Assembly: GCA_963813715.1 (NCBI GenBank)
Contig: CAWFAK010000017.1
Span: 1,088,001-1,152,000, forward strand
DNA: 64,000 nucleotides
DNA from: an uncultured Planctomycetaceae bacterium
GTDB lineage: Bacteria > Planctomycetota > Planctomycetia > Planctomycetales > Planctomycetaceae
Direction of reading: 5' to 3'
The translations under genes were made by a program, and so were the position numbers. This document shows, one piece after another, positions 11,942 through 21,268 of the stretch (its first letter is position 1; the number at the start of each line of letters is the position of its first letter). The notes beneath the pieces were generated by a model. That model did not search any database, was not told the origin of the DNA, and saw only the letters and a program-made list of their open reading frames with translations.

Positions 11942-12144
11942 ATCTTTCTTCTATCTCGGCAAGTGGTCGCTGTCAGCCGACGCTCCGTGCTTTCGACAGA
12001 CTGACGTCCGACGCAGGCCCGCATTGCACTCGGGACGCGAAGCCTGGGCGCACTGCCAGCTGGCAGCCCCGCTGGTGATCGGCTAGATTTCAAAACGTAA
12101 GCCGGCCTGCGATCGGCCGTTCAACTGGCACTCTGGAATTGCGG

Positions 12145-13516
12145 ATGGTTGTCTCGCCTGGAACGTTGGACCGATTCTCGCGCCGACATCTCTTGCAGGT
12201 CGGCGGCCTTGGACTGCTCGGCGTGACCCTGCCGCGACTGCTCGAGTCGCAGGCACGGGCCGCCGCGTCTGGAATCGTCCCCAAGGCCGATGCCTGCATC
12301 CTGCTCTTCCTCAACGGCGGGCCCAGCCATCTCGACATGTGGGACATGAAGCCCGGAGCGCCGGACGGCATCCGCGGGGAATTCAGTCCCATCGCCACCT
12401 CGCTGCCGGATTACCAGGTCAGCGAGCACATGCCGCGGCTGGCGCGGCACATGCATCGGGCCACGATCGTGCGTTCGATGCATCACGGCGTGAACAACTC
12501 CCACGCGGCCGCGGTTTATGCTTCGCTCACCGGGCACGACCGGGGCGAAATTGGCGGCGGAACGCAGCCGACCGACTACCCGTCGACGGGATCGCTCGTC
12601 AGCCTGTTGCGACCACCCGCGGTCCCCGTGCTCTCGCACGTCACGCTGCCGTATATGACGAAGGAAGGCGCCGGCGGCCCCCCGCAGCCGGGATTCTTTG
12701 GCGGATTCTTGGGACACGCCCGCGATCCCCTCTTCGTGCTCCGCGATCCGAACGCCAAGGATTTCGCGGTACCGGAACTGACACTGCAAGCCGACATCAG
12801 CGCACAGCGCCTCGAGGTCCGTCGGGCCTTGTACGAACAGCTACAGAGTAACGTGTCGGCCCAGTTCGGCGGCAACTCGGCGGCTTCGATGAGCGCGTTT
12901 CAGGCGAGAGCCATCGACCTCTTGACCGCGCCGGCCACTCAGCGCGCGTTTCAGAATCTCACGCGAACCGGACAAAGTTCGCGACGATTACGGACGCAAT
13001 ATCTATGGCCAGAGCGTGCTCCTGGCCCGGCGGCTGATCGAAGCGGGTACGCGCGTGGTCACGATCTCCTGGGCGCCGGACGCCAACGCCACCTGGGACA
13101 CGCACGGTAGCAACTTTGTCAGTCTCAAGAACGTCCTCTTGCCGCAGCTCGACGCGGCCTGTTCACGCCTCGTCAGCGATCTTGACCAGCGCGGGCTGCT
13201 GGAGCGGACGATCGTCGCGGTCTTTGGCGATTTCGGGCGTTCCCCCAAGATCAACGGTAGCAATGCGGGCCGCGATCATTGGAACTATTGCTACAGCCTG
13301 ATGATGATTGGCGGCGGCTTCCAGAAGGGGCTCGTGTACGGCACGAGCGACGGCATCGGGGCCTTTCCCGCCAGCAACGCCCTGATGCCAGGCGACGTTG
13401 TGTCGACGATGTACCACCTCTTGGGCATCCCGCACGACGGCCAGGTCCGCGACGCCTTCGGCCGCCCTTATCGCATCGTCCCCAGCGGCGACGTGATCAA
13501 CGACCTCATCGCTTGA
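12145..13516 (+). CDS. DUF1501 family protein with Tat signal (frameshift near 12955)
   Basis: SRRHLLQVG Tat motif, LFLNGGPSHLDMWDMKP, LLARRLIEAG, WDTH, GDFGRSPKIN, GRDHW. Confidence 0.9.
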
Positions 13517-13635
13517 TTTACCCGGTCATAGCCGGCGAAATCCGCCTTCTGGCAAATCTCCGGGGCGCGCGTTACAACCGAGAGCGTTGGCAAGCGGGGT
13601 CCGGTTTCGCGAGCGCGGCGCAGGGAGCGGCGAGC

Positions 13636-14001
13636 ATGGGGCTGTTCAGCGGCACAAAAGATTGGAACGTGGTGGCGGTCCTCTATGAAAAGAAGGGCCA
13701 CCTCCAAGTCAACGGCAACCGTGCCAAGGGGGGCGATGCCGAGAAGGTGCGGGACGTCGTGAAGCGGCACTCGCGCGCGGTCTTTTGGGCCGTCTTCAAT
13801 CAGAAGCGGAGTTTCATTGAAGGCGGGCCGGGAGCGGGCCGCGAGTTTATCTCGCTCGAAACGCTGCAATACATCGAAAAACAAATTGCCAAGGCCAAGC
13901 CTGTCTCGCAGGTGCTGACGTTGCTCGAAACGGGCAAGACCGACAAAGCAGCGACCGGTTGGGAAATCGCGCCGCAGCCCTCCGCGTCCAGTGAGGAATA
14001 G
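13636..14001 (+). CDS. Hypothetical protein (121 aa)
   Basis: ATG preceded by GGAG; clean ORF (MGLFSGTKDWNVVAVLY...) filling the gap between two genes. Confidence 0.6.
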   Translation: MGLFSGTKDWNVVAVLYEKKGHLQVNGNRAKGGDAEKVRDVVKRHSRAVFWAVFNQKRSFIEGGPGAGREFISLETLQYIEKQIAKAKPVSQVLTLLETGKTDKAATGWEIAPQPSASSEE

Positions 14002-14099
14002 GCCGCCGGTTTCTACGACCGTTCTGATCGGCCGCCGAACGCGTCGCACACGATCAGGCGTTCGACGCGTGTTATCATGTGGGTCGAGGAGAACGGCCC

Positions 14100-15812
14100 A
14101 TGACCGCGATCGAACATCGTCCCGACGTCGCCGCTTTACCCGCGCCGGATGAAGAGCCGCAAAGCCCCTTCGACACGCACCGCGTCGAGAATCAGCCGCC
14201 CGCGCTGGAGAACTACAACGTATTCACGAGCGACGTCGCGCTGCGCGAGGCCGTCTCCCGTGAAGGGGGCGCCTGGGGCTTCGACCGCCTGACTCGCTTC
14301 GGCGACGCGATCGGGAGTGCGCAGGTCATCGCTTGGGGCTTTCAGGCCAATCGGAATCCGCCCGTGCTGCGGACGCACGATCGCTTCGGCCACCGCATCG
14401 ACGAGGTCGAGTTTCATCCGGCCTGGCACGAGTTGATGAAAATTGGGGTCGAGCACGAAACGCATGCGCTCGCCTGGCGTACGCCGAAAAACGGGGCGCA
14501 CGTCGTGCGGTCCGCCCTCGGCTTCCTGCAATATCAGCAGGAAGCAGGCGTTGGCTGTCCGCTCACGATGACCTTCGCCGCTGTCCCCGCGTTGCGGAAA
14601 GAGCCGGAGCTGGCCGCCGAATGGTTGCCACGAATTACGTCGAATGTCTACGACCCCCGGTTCATTCCGGCTGCCGAGAAAAAGGGCGCGCTCATCGGCA
14701 TGGCGATGACGGAAAAACAAGGCGGTTCGGACGTCCGCTCGAATACGACCCAGGCCCGACCGCAGGGGCACGACGGGTCAGGAAGCGAATATCTGCTCAC
14801 CGGACACAAATGGTTCTGTTCGGCGCCGATGAACGACGCCTTCCTCACGCTGGCCCAGACCGACCGTGGCCTGACCTGTTTCTTCGTCCCGCGCTGGCGG
14901 CCGGACGGGCACCGCAACGCGTTTGCCATCCAGCGGCTCAAGGACAAGCTCGGAAACCGCTCCAACGCATCGAGCGAGATCGAATATCGCGACACGTGGG
15001 CGCAACGAGTGGGCGAAGAAGGCCGCGGTGTCCCCACGATCATCGAAATGGTGAATCACACGCGGCTCGATTGCGTGGCCGGCTCGGCCGCCTTGATGCG
15101 GCAAGCACTGGCCCAGGCCATTCATCACGCGACTTACCGGCGGGCCTTCGGCAAACGCCTGATCGAGCAGCCGGCCATGCAAAATGTGCTGGCCGATCTG
15201 GCGCTCGAGTCGGAAGCGGCCACCTCCCTGATGACGCGGCTGGCGCGGGCGTACGACCGCGCAGCGACTGATGAGCAGGAACGGGCCTTCGCGCGGATCG
15301 CCACGGCCGTCGGCAAGTTCTGGGTCTGCAAACGCTGCCCGCCCGTGGTCGGCGAAGCCCTCGAATGTCTCGGCGGCAACGGCTACGTCGAGGAATCGAT
15401 CCTGCCGCGGCTTTATCGCGAGGCGCCGCTGAACTCCATCTGGGAGGGTTCGGGCAACGTCATGTGTCTCGACGTGTTGCGGGCCATCCAGAGAGAGCCG
15501 CAGTCGCTCGCGGCCCTGCAAGGCGAGCTGGAATCCGTCAGGGGGATGGACACGCATTACGATCGGCTTTTGGAGCGACTGAAACGGGAACTCACGTCGC
15601 CCGACGAGATGGAAAATCGGGCGCGTCAAATCGTCGAGCTGCTGGCCGTCGCGCTTGAGGCCGCGGTCCTGCTCCGCGCCTGCGTCCCGGCGGTCACCGA
15701 AGCCTTTCTTGCCACACGCGTCGCTCGCGGCGGCGGGCAAATCTACGGCACGCTGCCCAGCGGCACGAACTGTCTCGCCATCCTCGAGCGGGCGCGGCCG
15801 GTGCTGAATTGA
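14100..15812 (+). CDS. aidB: AidB-type acyl-CoA dehydrogenase
   Basis: VENQPPALENYN, HDRFGHRIDEVEFHPAWH, CPLTMT, GMAMTEKQGGSDV, LKDKLGNRSNASSE, REAPLNSIWEGSGN. Confidence 0.9.
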   Translation: MTAIEHRPDVAALPAPDEEPQSPFDTHRVENQPPALENYNVFTSDVALREAVSREGGAWGFDRLTRFGDAIGSAQVIAWGFQANRNPPVLRTHDRFGHRIDEVEFHPAWHELMKIGVEHETHALAWRTPKNGAHVVRSALGFLQYQQEAGVGCPLTMTFAAVPALRKEPELAAEWLPRITSNVYDPRFIPAAEKKGALIGMAMTEKQGGSDVRSNTTQARPQGHDGSGSEYLLTGHKWFCSAPMNDAFLTLAQTDRGLTCFFVPRWRPDGHRNAFAIQRLKDKLGNRSNASSEIEYRDTWAQRVGEEGRGVPTIIEMVNHTRLDCVAGSAALMRQALAQAIHHATYRRAFGKRLIEQPAMQNVLADLALESEAATSLMTRLARAYDRAATDEQERAFARIATAVGKFWVCKRCPPVVGEALECLGGNGYVEESILPRLYREAPLNSIWEGSGNVMCLDVLRAIQREPQSLAALQGELESVRGMDTHYDRLLERLKRELTSPDEMENRARQIVELLAVALEAAVLLRACVPAVTEAFLATRVARGGGQIYGTLPSGTNCLAILERARPVLN

Positions 15813-15883
15813 GTCGCTCGTGGCCTCGATCAAGGATCGGCACCGCGACCTCGGTCCCTGCCCCTTAGTCTGCCAACCAAACC

Positions 15884-16327
15884 ATGAATAAAGCGTTCGT
15901 CCGCGATCCGGAACCGACCATCGAACGCTGCCCGCGCTGTGGAGCGGCTGGCCAGCCGGTCGGCAGCGTGATTTTGGACGCCTTCGTGCGTCCCGAGTCG
16001 CGCAATCAGCTCGGGGCGGAGGCCTGCTTTTGTCCTACGGCCACGTGTCCCGTAGCCTATTTCGATGCGTTTGATCGGCTGGTCGAAGTCCTGCAGCTCG
16101 CCCGACCCGTTTATCCGAAGGACCCCGAGGCGCCGATCTGTGGCTGCTTCGGTTTTACCTGTGCCGAGATCGACGAGGACCTGCGCGAAGGAGTCGCAAC
16201 ACGAACGCGGGCCCAGCTCGAGCGAGCGCGATCCTCTGACGCCCGCTGCTCGCAGGCGGCGGCCAGCGGGGCCTCCTGCGTGGCCTCGGTCCAGAGCTAC
16301 TTCATGCAACATCGCAGCCGCGACTAG
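15884..16327 (+). CDS. Cys-rich Zn/[2Fe-2S] protein (CopZ N-terminal / BFD-like)
   Basis: CPRCG, FCPTATCPVAYF, PICGCFGFT and CSQAAASGASC cysteine pattern. Confidence 0.7.
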   Translation: MNKAFVRDPEPTIERCPRCGAAGQPVGSVILDAFVRPESRNQLGAEACFCPTATCPVAYFDAFDRLVEVLQLARPVYPKDPEAPICGCFGFTCAEIDEDLREGVATRTRAQLERARSSDARCSQAAASGASCVASVQSYFMQHRSRD

Positions 16328-16370
16328 TCGCCCTCTGTTCGAGAGCCTCGCGCGGAAACGACGTGCGGGT

Positions 16371-17098
16371 TTAAGCCTTCGCCAAGGCACGGTGCGTCCC
16401 GTGCTCTCTCGTCACGCGCATGCTCAGAAAGATCCACGGTCCGGGCCCAAGGATCGAAAGACGAAAATACCGCGTGCTTTGCAGTTTCAGGCCGAGGGCC
16501 GGGAAGTATTCGGAGTAAGTGTAGATTTTGTGCAAAGCGCACAGCCCCAACATCCAATGGGAAACGTTTGCAACGGTGTAATAGAGCCAATGCCGGAACC
16601 GCAGCACGATGTTCCCGCGCGGCGAGGCAAAGTCTGCGATGACGAGATCTCCCCCGGGACGGACCAGCGAAACGAGCCGAGTCAGCATTCGTAACATCGC
16701 GGGTCGCGAGAAGATGTTCAGGAAGAAGTTCGATACCACGACATCAAACGGTTCGTCCGCCTCGAATTCCATGATGTCGGCGCAGACGAATTCCCCCGGC
16801 AAATCGGCCGCCTCGAACCGCTGACGGACGATTTCGATCATGCTGGGTGACAAGTCGACGCAGGTCACCTCGACACCACGACGCACGGCCTCGAGCGCTT
16901 CCTCGCCCGGTCCGACGCCGACGTAGAGGACCCGCTGCCCGGCGGCATATCCTCGATCTGGGACAGCCGGGTGGCCAGATTCTGCCCGCCGGTACACAAG
17001 GCGGTCAGCCGTTCGTAGATCGGGGAAATCGATTCGTAACTGCGGGCAATTTGTTCGCCCGACGAATGTGGCTTCGCCTGGACCTGAGCGGCCATCAC
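16371..17098 (-). CDS. Class I SAM-dependent methyltransferase (frameshift near 16945)
   Basis: VLYVGVGPG motif I, VDLSPSM, FDVVVSNFFLN, LVRPGGDLVIADF; N-terminus in ORF 16865..17098. Confidence 0.85.
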
Positions 17099-17160
17099 GC
17101 GTCCCCCCCGGAGTTGTCCTCGGCCTCAACTGAGGCTCACTAGGCCTGATGAAAAGGTAA

Positions 17161-18393
17161 TCAGCACATGCCCACATCGACCGCAGCAAGGTCCGCGACA
17201 GGGGGGAGCGTCGCGGTGGGGTCGTCAGTGTTCGGTTGCACTTCATCGCGAGGATAAAGCAGTGGACGGGGAGGAAAGATCGACGAGAATCCGGCCTTGA
17301 GAACCGCCCGCATCGTCCAGCGGCCACCCTTGACGAAAATCGACAACGGCACCTGGTAGCAGCCGAGCTTGTCGTGCTTGAGCGCGTCGGTTGTCTGACC
17401 GATGCAAATCTCTTGCGCACCGTGCCGAAATGCGGTGTCGATCGATTGATACAAGAGGTTGAAATAGACCTCCGCTTCGGCGTTCACCTCGTAGTCGACT
17501 CCCAGCACCATTCCATGGAACGTCGTCTCGGAGACAAGCGAGAGGGAGAAGCCGACGATTTCCTCGCCGCGATAGATCAACGTGAAGACCGTGTTGTCGG
17601 GCATCCGTCGGGCCAACTCCCGAGGAAACTCGAGAGGCAATTGCTCGAATTGAACGTCGGAACGGTCAGCGACCGCCTTGTACAATTTGTGAACCGCGTC
17701 CGTGTAAACATCCGCAACTCCGTCGCGACCGTACAGCTCGACAACCCGCAACCCGTTTTCCGGGAGCCTTTTTTGCGACCGGCGGATCGGCCGGCGTTTC
17801 TTCGACGGAAATCGGGACAGGTAGTCGGCGAAGTCGCGCGATCCGGGCTCGACGCGGTTCATCGGGAAACTATCGGCACGGCGGTAACCGAGCGACTCCA
17901 GTGGCTCCAGGTCCGAGCAGCCTGCTTCATCGATTTCTTTGAAGAGAATCAGGCGGGCCCACTCGCGCCGCGCGAATTGACACGCCACCCGATCGAGGCA
18001 TCGCAGCACGGCCGCGCGATCGGCCTCGGGCGTGAAGCGAACGTGGCTTTGTCCGGCCGAAACAGGCAGGCCGCACAAGATCAACTTGCTGCGGAACAGC
18101 CACGGCGCCACACGTTCCAGGCCAGCCACGACTTTCTGCACGCGGCCCTTCGCCAAGGAGGCGCCGCCGATGCTGTAGGAACTTAGACAGGCAATTGCCA
18201 TGGGCCGACGTCGGCCATCTCGCACGATGACGTGCCGAAAGCGGCACGCCTTGGCAAACCCGATCTCGACGGCTTCGATGAAGCGCGGATCCATGAACGG
18301 ATCGCTCGCCGCGTCCCGGAGGCTGTTCCATTCGCCCGGGTCCACGCGGCCGATCGAATCGTAGACCTCAAATTGATAGTCAGCGCTGTCCAT
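17161..18393 (-). CDS. FemAB-like / BioF2-like GNAT-fold transferase (paralog 1)
   Basis: DSIGRVDPGEWN, LILFKE, DFADYLSRFPSKKRRPIRR, GVDYE, YFNLLY, IGQTTDALK; co-linear with 39182..40363. Confidence 0.8.
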   Translation of the reverse strand: MDSADYQFEVYDSIGRVDPGEWNSLRDAASDPFMDPRFIEAVEIGFAKACRFRHVIVRDGRRRPMAIACLSSYSIGGASLAKGRVQKVVAGLERVAPWLFRSKLILCGLPVSAGQSHVRFTPEADRAAVLRCLDRVACQFARREWARLILFKEIDEAGCSDLEPLESLGYRRADSFPMNRVEPGSRDFADYLSRFPSKKRRPIRRSQKRLPENGLRVVELYGRDGVADVYTDAVHKLYKAVADRSDVQFEQLPLEFPRELARRMPDNTVFTLIYRGEEIVGFSLSLVSETTFHGMVLGVDYEVNAEAEVYFNLLYQSIDTAFRHGAQEICIGQTTDALKHDKLGCYQVPLSIFVKGGRWTMRAVLKAGFSSIFPPRPLLYPRDEVQPNTDDPTATLPPVADLAAVDVGMC

Positions 18394-18471
18394 CGCCTTG
18401 AGCCGTTCTTCGTGGTCAGTTACCGATCAGGCGCGAGCGTTTGCCCGCGCGGCTCGCCGCCCTGCACCGAC

Positions 18472-19896
18472 TCAATGAACTTCTGATCCGGCGACGACGT
18501 GAGACGGATCTCGCCTCTTGCGAACGCCGTCCGTCGGACTCTGCGAGATCTCCGCCGGCTGAGGCCCGGTCAGAGGCGACCGCGGGTGAGCGGCAAGATG
18601 TGCGCGCTCTCGACGCTTGAAATGCTTCTGGATGAGACTCAAACACGTTCGCTTCAAGCTGAAGTCCAGCATGCCGCTCATGCGGACCAACGCCAACCCA
18701 GTGAGCAAGGTCGTGCCGGGAAGGGCACAGATGTAACGCCCCTCATAACGTGGACGGAAACGACTCTTGAAATGGTAAATGCCTGCGAAGTCGAACAGGA
18801 AGTTCAGATACTTCAGACCGATGGTGAACGCGTGACGCGTCATGGCGCTATCGCCCTTGAGCGGTTGTTCACAACCAACCGCGGGAACGAGGCAAAGTGA
18901 AACCGCCTCGATCCCTTCGGACTTCATCCGCGTCATCGCCACATGAAAGAGATGGGGAACGACACCGCGGACGGCATCGCTGCGGTGACGATACATCTCG
19001 AACGACCAGTGCATACCGTTTCGGCTCGGAAGGGCGATCAGAAACCCCTCGATGCGTTTGGGAGAATCGCCGGAGTAGGCAACGAACAGGCGTCGACGAC
19101 CCCAGCCATTCTCATCGAGCTGACCTTCGAGCAGCCGGATTGCGCCGGCGTGAGATTTGGTCGCCAGATGCTCGTCGGAAACCGCGCGTAAGTCTTTGAT
19201 GAGCGACGTCCACGCGGCATCATCCATGTCTTCGCGACGATGTTCGATGACGCTGATGCCCGCCCGACGGCAGTAGTTGGTTTGGCGACGCACCCACTCG
19301 AACTGCTTGCCGGACCAGGTGCAGGTTTGCAGGTCGACGTACGGTTCTTCACCCCATTTCGTCACTTGAAAGCCATGCTCGCGAAACAGAGGGGCGTCTT
19401 CCTCGGTTACGTTGAAACAAGTGACGAGCAGCCGGTGCGAACGGGCGAAGGCGACGAACTCGCGCAACAACTGCGGCTTATCTTCATCGCGTGCGAGAAG
19501 TCCCCCGATGACCTTCACATACCGGCCCAGCCGCCGATACGACACGAGGCCGCGGCGATCTGTCGACCAGAATCGTTTCCATCCGCTTTCGGTCGCGAAG
19601 TACGAATCGTAGACGGCTCCGCAAGTGAAAGCCTGATGCTCGACTCGCAGCCATCGATTCGATTCCAGGCTCTCTTGCGGCCGAGTCAGAATCGTCTGAT
19701 CGCAATCGGATGCGGGCTCGTCTTCCGTCGCGACCCGTTCGCTCCTAATCGTTCCATTCGTTGGCTCGAGCAACGTGTCGAGTTGGGGATCGGAATCCGA
19801 CAGCGCGTTGCCGCTCGTGCGGGAGCGCCAAACCTGGACAGCCCAGGAGCGTTGACCGTTCAGATAGTTGTGGGTTGAAGTCACCGTGTCCGTCAT
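18472..19896 (-). CDS. Stand-alone DUF2156 (MprF/LPG synthase C-terminal-like) aminoacyl-tRNA-dependent transferase
   Basis: TKWGEEPYVDL, WSGKQFEWVRRQTN, EMYRHRSDAVRGV, FAGIYHFKSRFRPRYE; no N-terminal multi-TM flippase domain. Confidence 0.82.
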   Translation of the reverse strand: MTDTVTSTHNYLNGQRSWAVQVWRSRTSGNALSDSDPQLDTLLEPTNGTIRSERVATEDEPASDCDQTILTRPQESLESNRWLRVEHQAFTCGAVYDSYFATESGWKRFWSTDRRGLVSYRRLGRYVKVIGGLLARDEDKPQLLREFVAFARSHRLLVTCFNVTEEDAPLFREHGFQVTKWGEEPYVDLQTCTWSGKQFEWVRRQTNYCRRAGISVIEHRREDMDDAAWTSLIKDLRAVSDEHLATKSHAGAIRLLEGQLDENGWGRRRLFVAYSGDSPKRIEGFLIALPSRNGMHWSFEMYRHRSDAVRGVVPHLFHVAMTRMKSEGIEAVSLCLVPAVGCEQPLKGDSAMTRHAFTIGLKYLNFLFDFAGIYHFKSRFRPRYEGRYICALPGTTLLTGLALVRMSGMLDFSLKRTCLSLIQKHFKRRERAHLAAHPRSPLTGPQPAEISQSPTDGVRKRRDPSHVVAGSEVH

Positions 19897-20035
19897 CCCC
19901 TCTCCAACTGACGTCGGATGGCGGCAGGCTGTAATCCGCCTGCCCCCGTCCGCTTCGCGGATTCAATCGGCCCATCAATCCGTGAAAGGGGCGCGACGGT
20001 GAGAACAAAACGAGCTGGAATGAACCTGGCCAGCT
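19880..20035 (-). promoter_or_regulatory. Candidate structured 5' leader hiding the RBS, copy 1 (before DUF2156 gene)
   Basis: On the mRNA, CCCCUUUC pairs with the SD GAGAGGGG directly before AUG 19896, enclosing two hairpins. Confidence 0.55.
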
Positions 20036-20343
20036 TCCATTGAACGGAGCGAAGAGCTCCAAGAAGAGCGATTCGCGAGGAGCCGTTGTCCCCCCGCGCC
20101 CCGCTTTGGAAACGCCTCACGGGGCGATCGCCCCGGAAAGGCAAAAATGCGGCAAACTCGCATCAGACCGAATTGCGATTGGACATTTCTCCAGCGCGTG
20201 TAGGTCCCGAAATAGACCTTCTGCGCCTCGCCGCGTTTACGAGAGGACTCTGGTCCGCTCGAGGGGGCCTGCAGGAGCCCGACGCGGCTTGAGAAACCTT
20301 CGCCGTCGAAGCGATCGTGGCTGGAAGTCACCGTGTCGGTCAT
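19975..20343 (-). CDS. Possible upstream ORF or paralog remnant (122 aa)
   Basis: Strong SD AGAAGGGG; starts MTDTVTSSH like the DUF2156 gene; the remainder is not recognisably protein-like. Confidence 0.3.
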   Translation of the reverse strand: MTDTVTSSHDRFDGEGFSSRVGLLQAPSSGPESSRKRGEAQKVYFGTYTRWRNVQSQFGLMRVCRIFAFPGRSPREAFPKRGAGGQRLLANRSSWSSSLRSMEAGQVHSSSFCSHRRAPFTD

Positions 20344-20485
20344 CCCCTTCTCGAACCGATGTCGGTGGCTGCAAGATGACTCCCATCTGCTGCCGTCCGA
20401 TTAGCCGCGGATTTGATCGGCCCATCAATCCGTAGAAGGGGCGCGACGGTGCGAACTCAAAGGTTGGAAAGACTTTTGCCAGCGT
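20328..20485 (-). promoter_or_regulatory. Candidate structured 5' leader hiding the RBS, copy 2
   Basis: CCCCUUCU pairs perfectly with the SD AGAAGGGG before AUG 20343; same two internal hairpins with changed sequence. Confidence 0.55.
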
Positions 20486-20840
20486 CGTTTGGGTGCAGTG
20501 CGGATCGCCGGGAAAAGCGACTCGACAGGAGCAGTCCGTGTCGGTGGAGCCTCCGATGCCCAGCGACGGCTCTACGTCCGAAAAGGCAACTCATTCAACC
20601 GACTTTATTCAGAACCTGTAATCGAAGTCAAGGACGCAGTTTACGTGATCAGAAAATCCTAACATCAGGTCTCGAATCGACCTTGATGCTCCGGCATGTT
20701 GCGAAAAAGCATTTCGCGATGGGGCCGAGTCGCAACGTCTCCGCGCGAACCTTCCTCGATCGGCCACCTCGATTAGCCGAAACTGGCTTTGGTTCCGGCT
20801 GCGTGCTAACGTAGCGTCCCTCGACCGACCGGAGTTTTCG

Positions 20841-21236
20841 ATGTCCGAGACAAGCCAAAATGGTCCCGACTTCTCCAAGGCGGACCTCATTCCCGTCATC
20901 GCGCAGGACGACGCCTCGGGCGACGTTCTGATGCTGGCGTACATGAACGAGACGGCCTGGAAGGAAACGCTCGCCACGGGACGAGTCTGCTATTACAGCC
21001 GCAGCCGGCAAAAGCTCTGGCGCAAGGGCGAAGAAAGCGGCAACGTCCAGGAGGTCAAAAGCATCTTCTACGACTGCGATGCCGACACCATCCTGATCCG
21101 CGTCAATCAGATCGGCGGTGCTGCATGTCACGAAGGTTACAAGAGCTGCTTCTTCCGCAAACTTGACCCGCAGACGGGTCGCGTCGAGGTGATCGGCAGT
21201 CGTCTGTTTGATCCGAAGGCCGTCTACAAGAAGTAA
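20841..21236 (+). CDS. hisI: Phosphoribosyl-AMP cyclohydrolase
   Basis: [44 protein letters not shown]. Confidence 0.96.
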   Translation: MSETSQNGPDFSKADLIPVIAQDDASGDVLMLAYMNETAWKETLATGRVCYYSRSRQKLWRKGEESGNVQEVKSIFYDCDADTILIRVNQIGGAACHEGYKSCFFRKLDPQTGRVEVIGSRLFDPKAVYKK

Positions 21237-21268
21237 GCGCGGACCGAGGGGCCGCGCGAGGATGATGC

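Larger units (their letters stand above)
19811..20589. repeat. Diverged tandem duplication (about 445-450 bp period) of promoter/leader/RBS and the first ~30 codons
   Basis: Copy 1 about 19811-20144, copy 2 about 20255-20589. Identical blocks gaagtcaccgtgtc, gtcatcccct, atcggcccatcaatccgt (19966/20416), aaggggcgcgacggtg and aaggcaa. Both minus-strand ORFs begin MTDTVTS. Confidence 0.92.

Noticed and set aside
19811..20589. CRISPR array, IS ends or assembly duplication
   Set aside because: There are only two long, clearly diverged copies, with no spacer pattern, cas gene or transposase. The divergence is too high and too structured for an assembly artefact.
20131..20640. c-di-GMP-I or fluoride riboswitch (GGCAAA, GGACGCA and GAUGACUCC fragments)
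   Set aside because: The fragments are not in the required order or spacing and the supporting stems are missing.
16371..20700. Horizontally acquired island
   Set aside because: A few lines look slightly less GC-rich, but I did not quantify this, and no integrase, tRNA or flanking direct repeat was seen.
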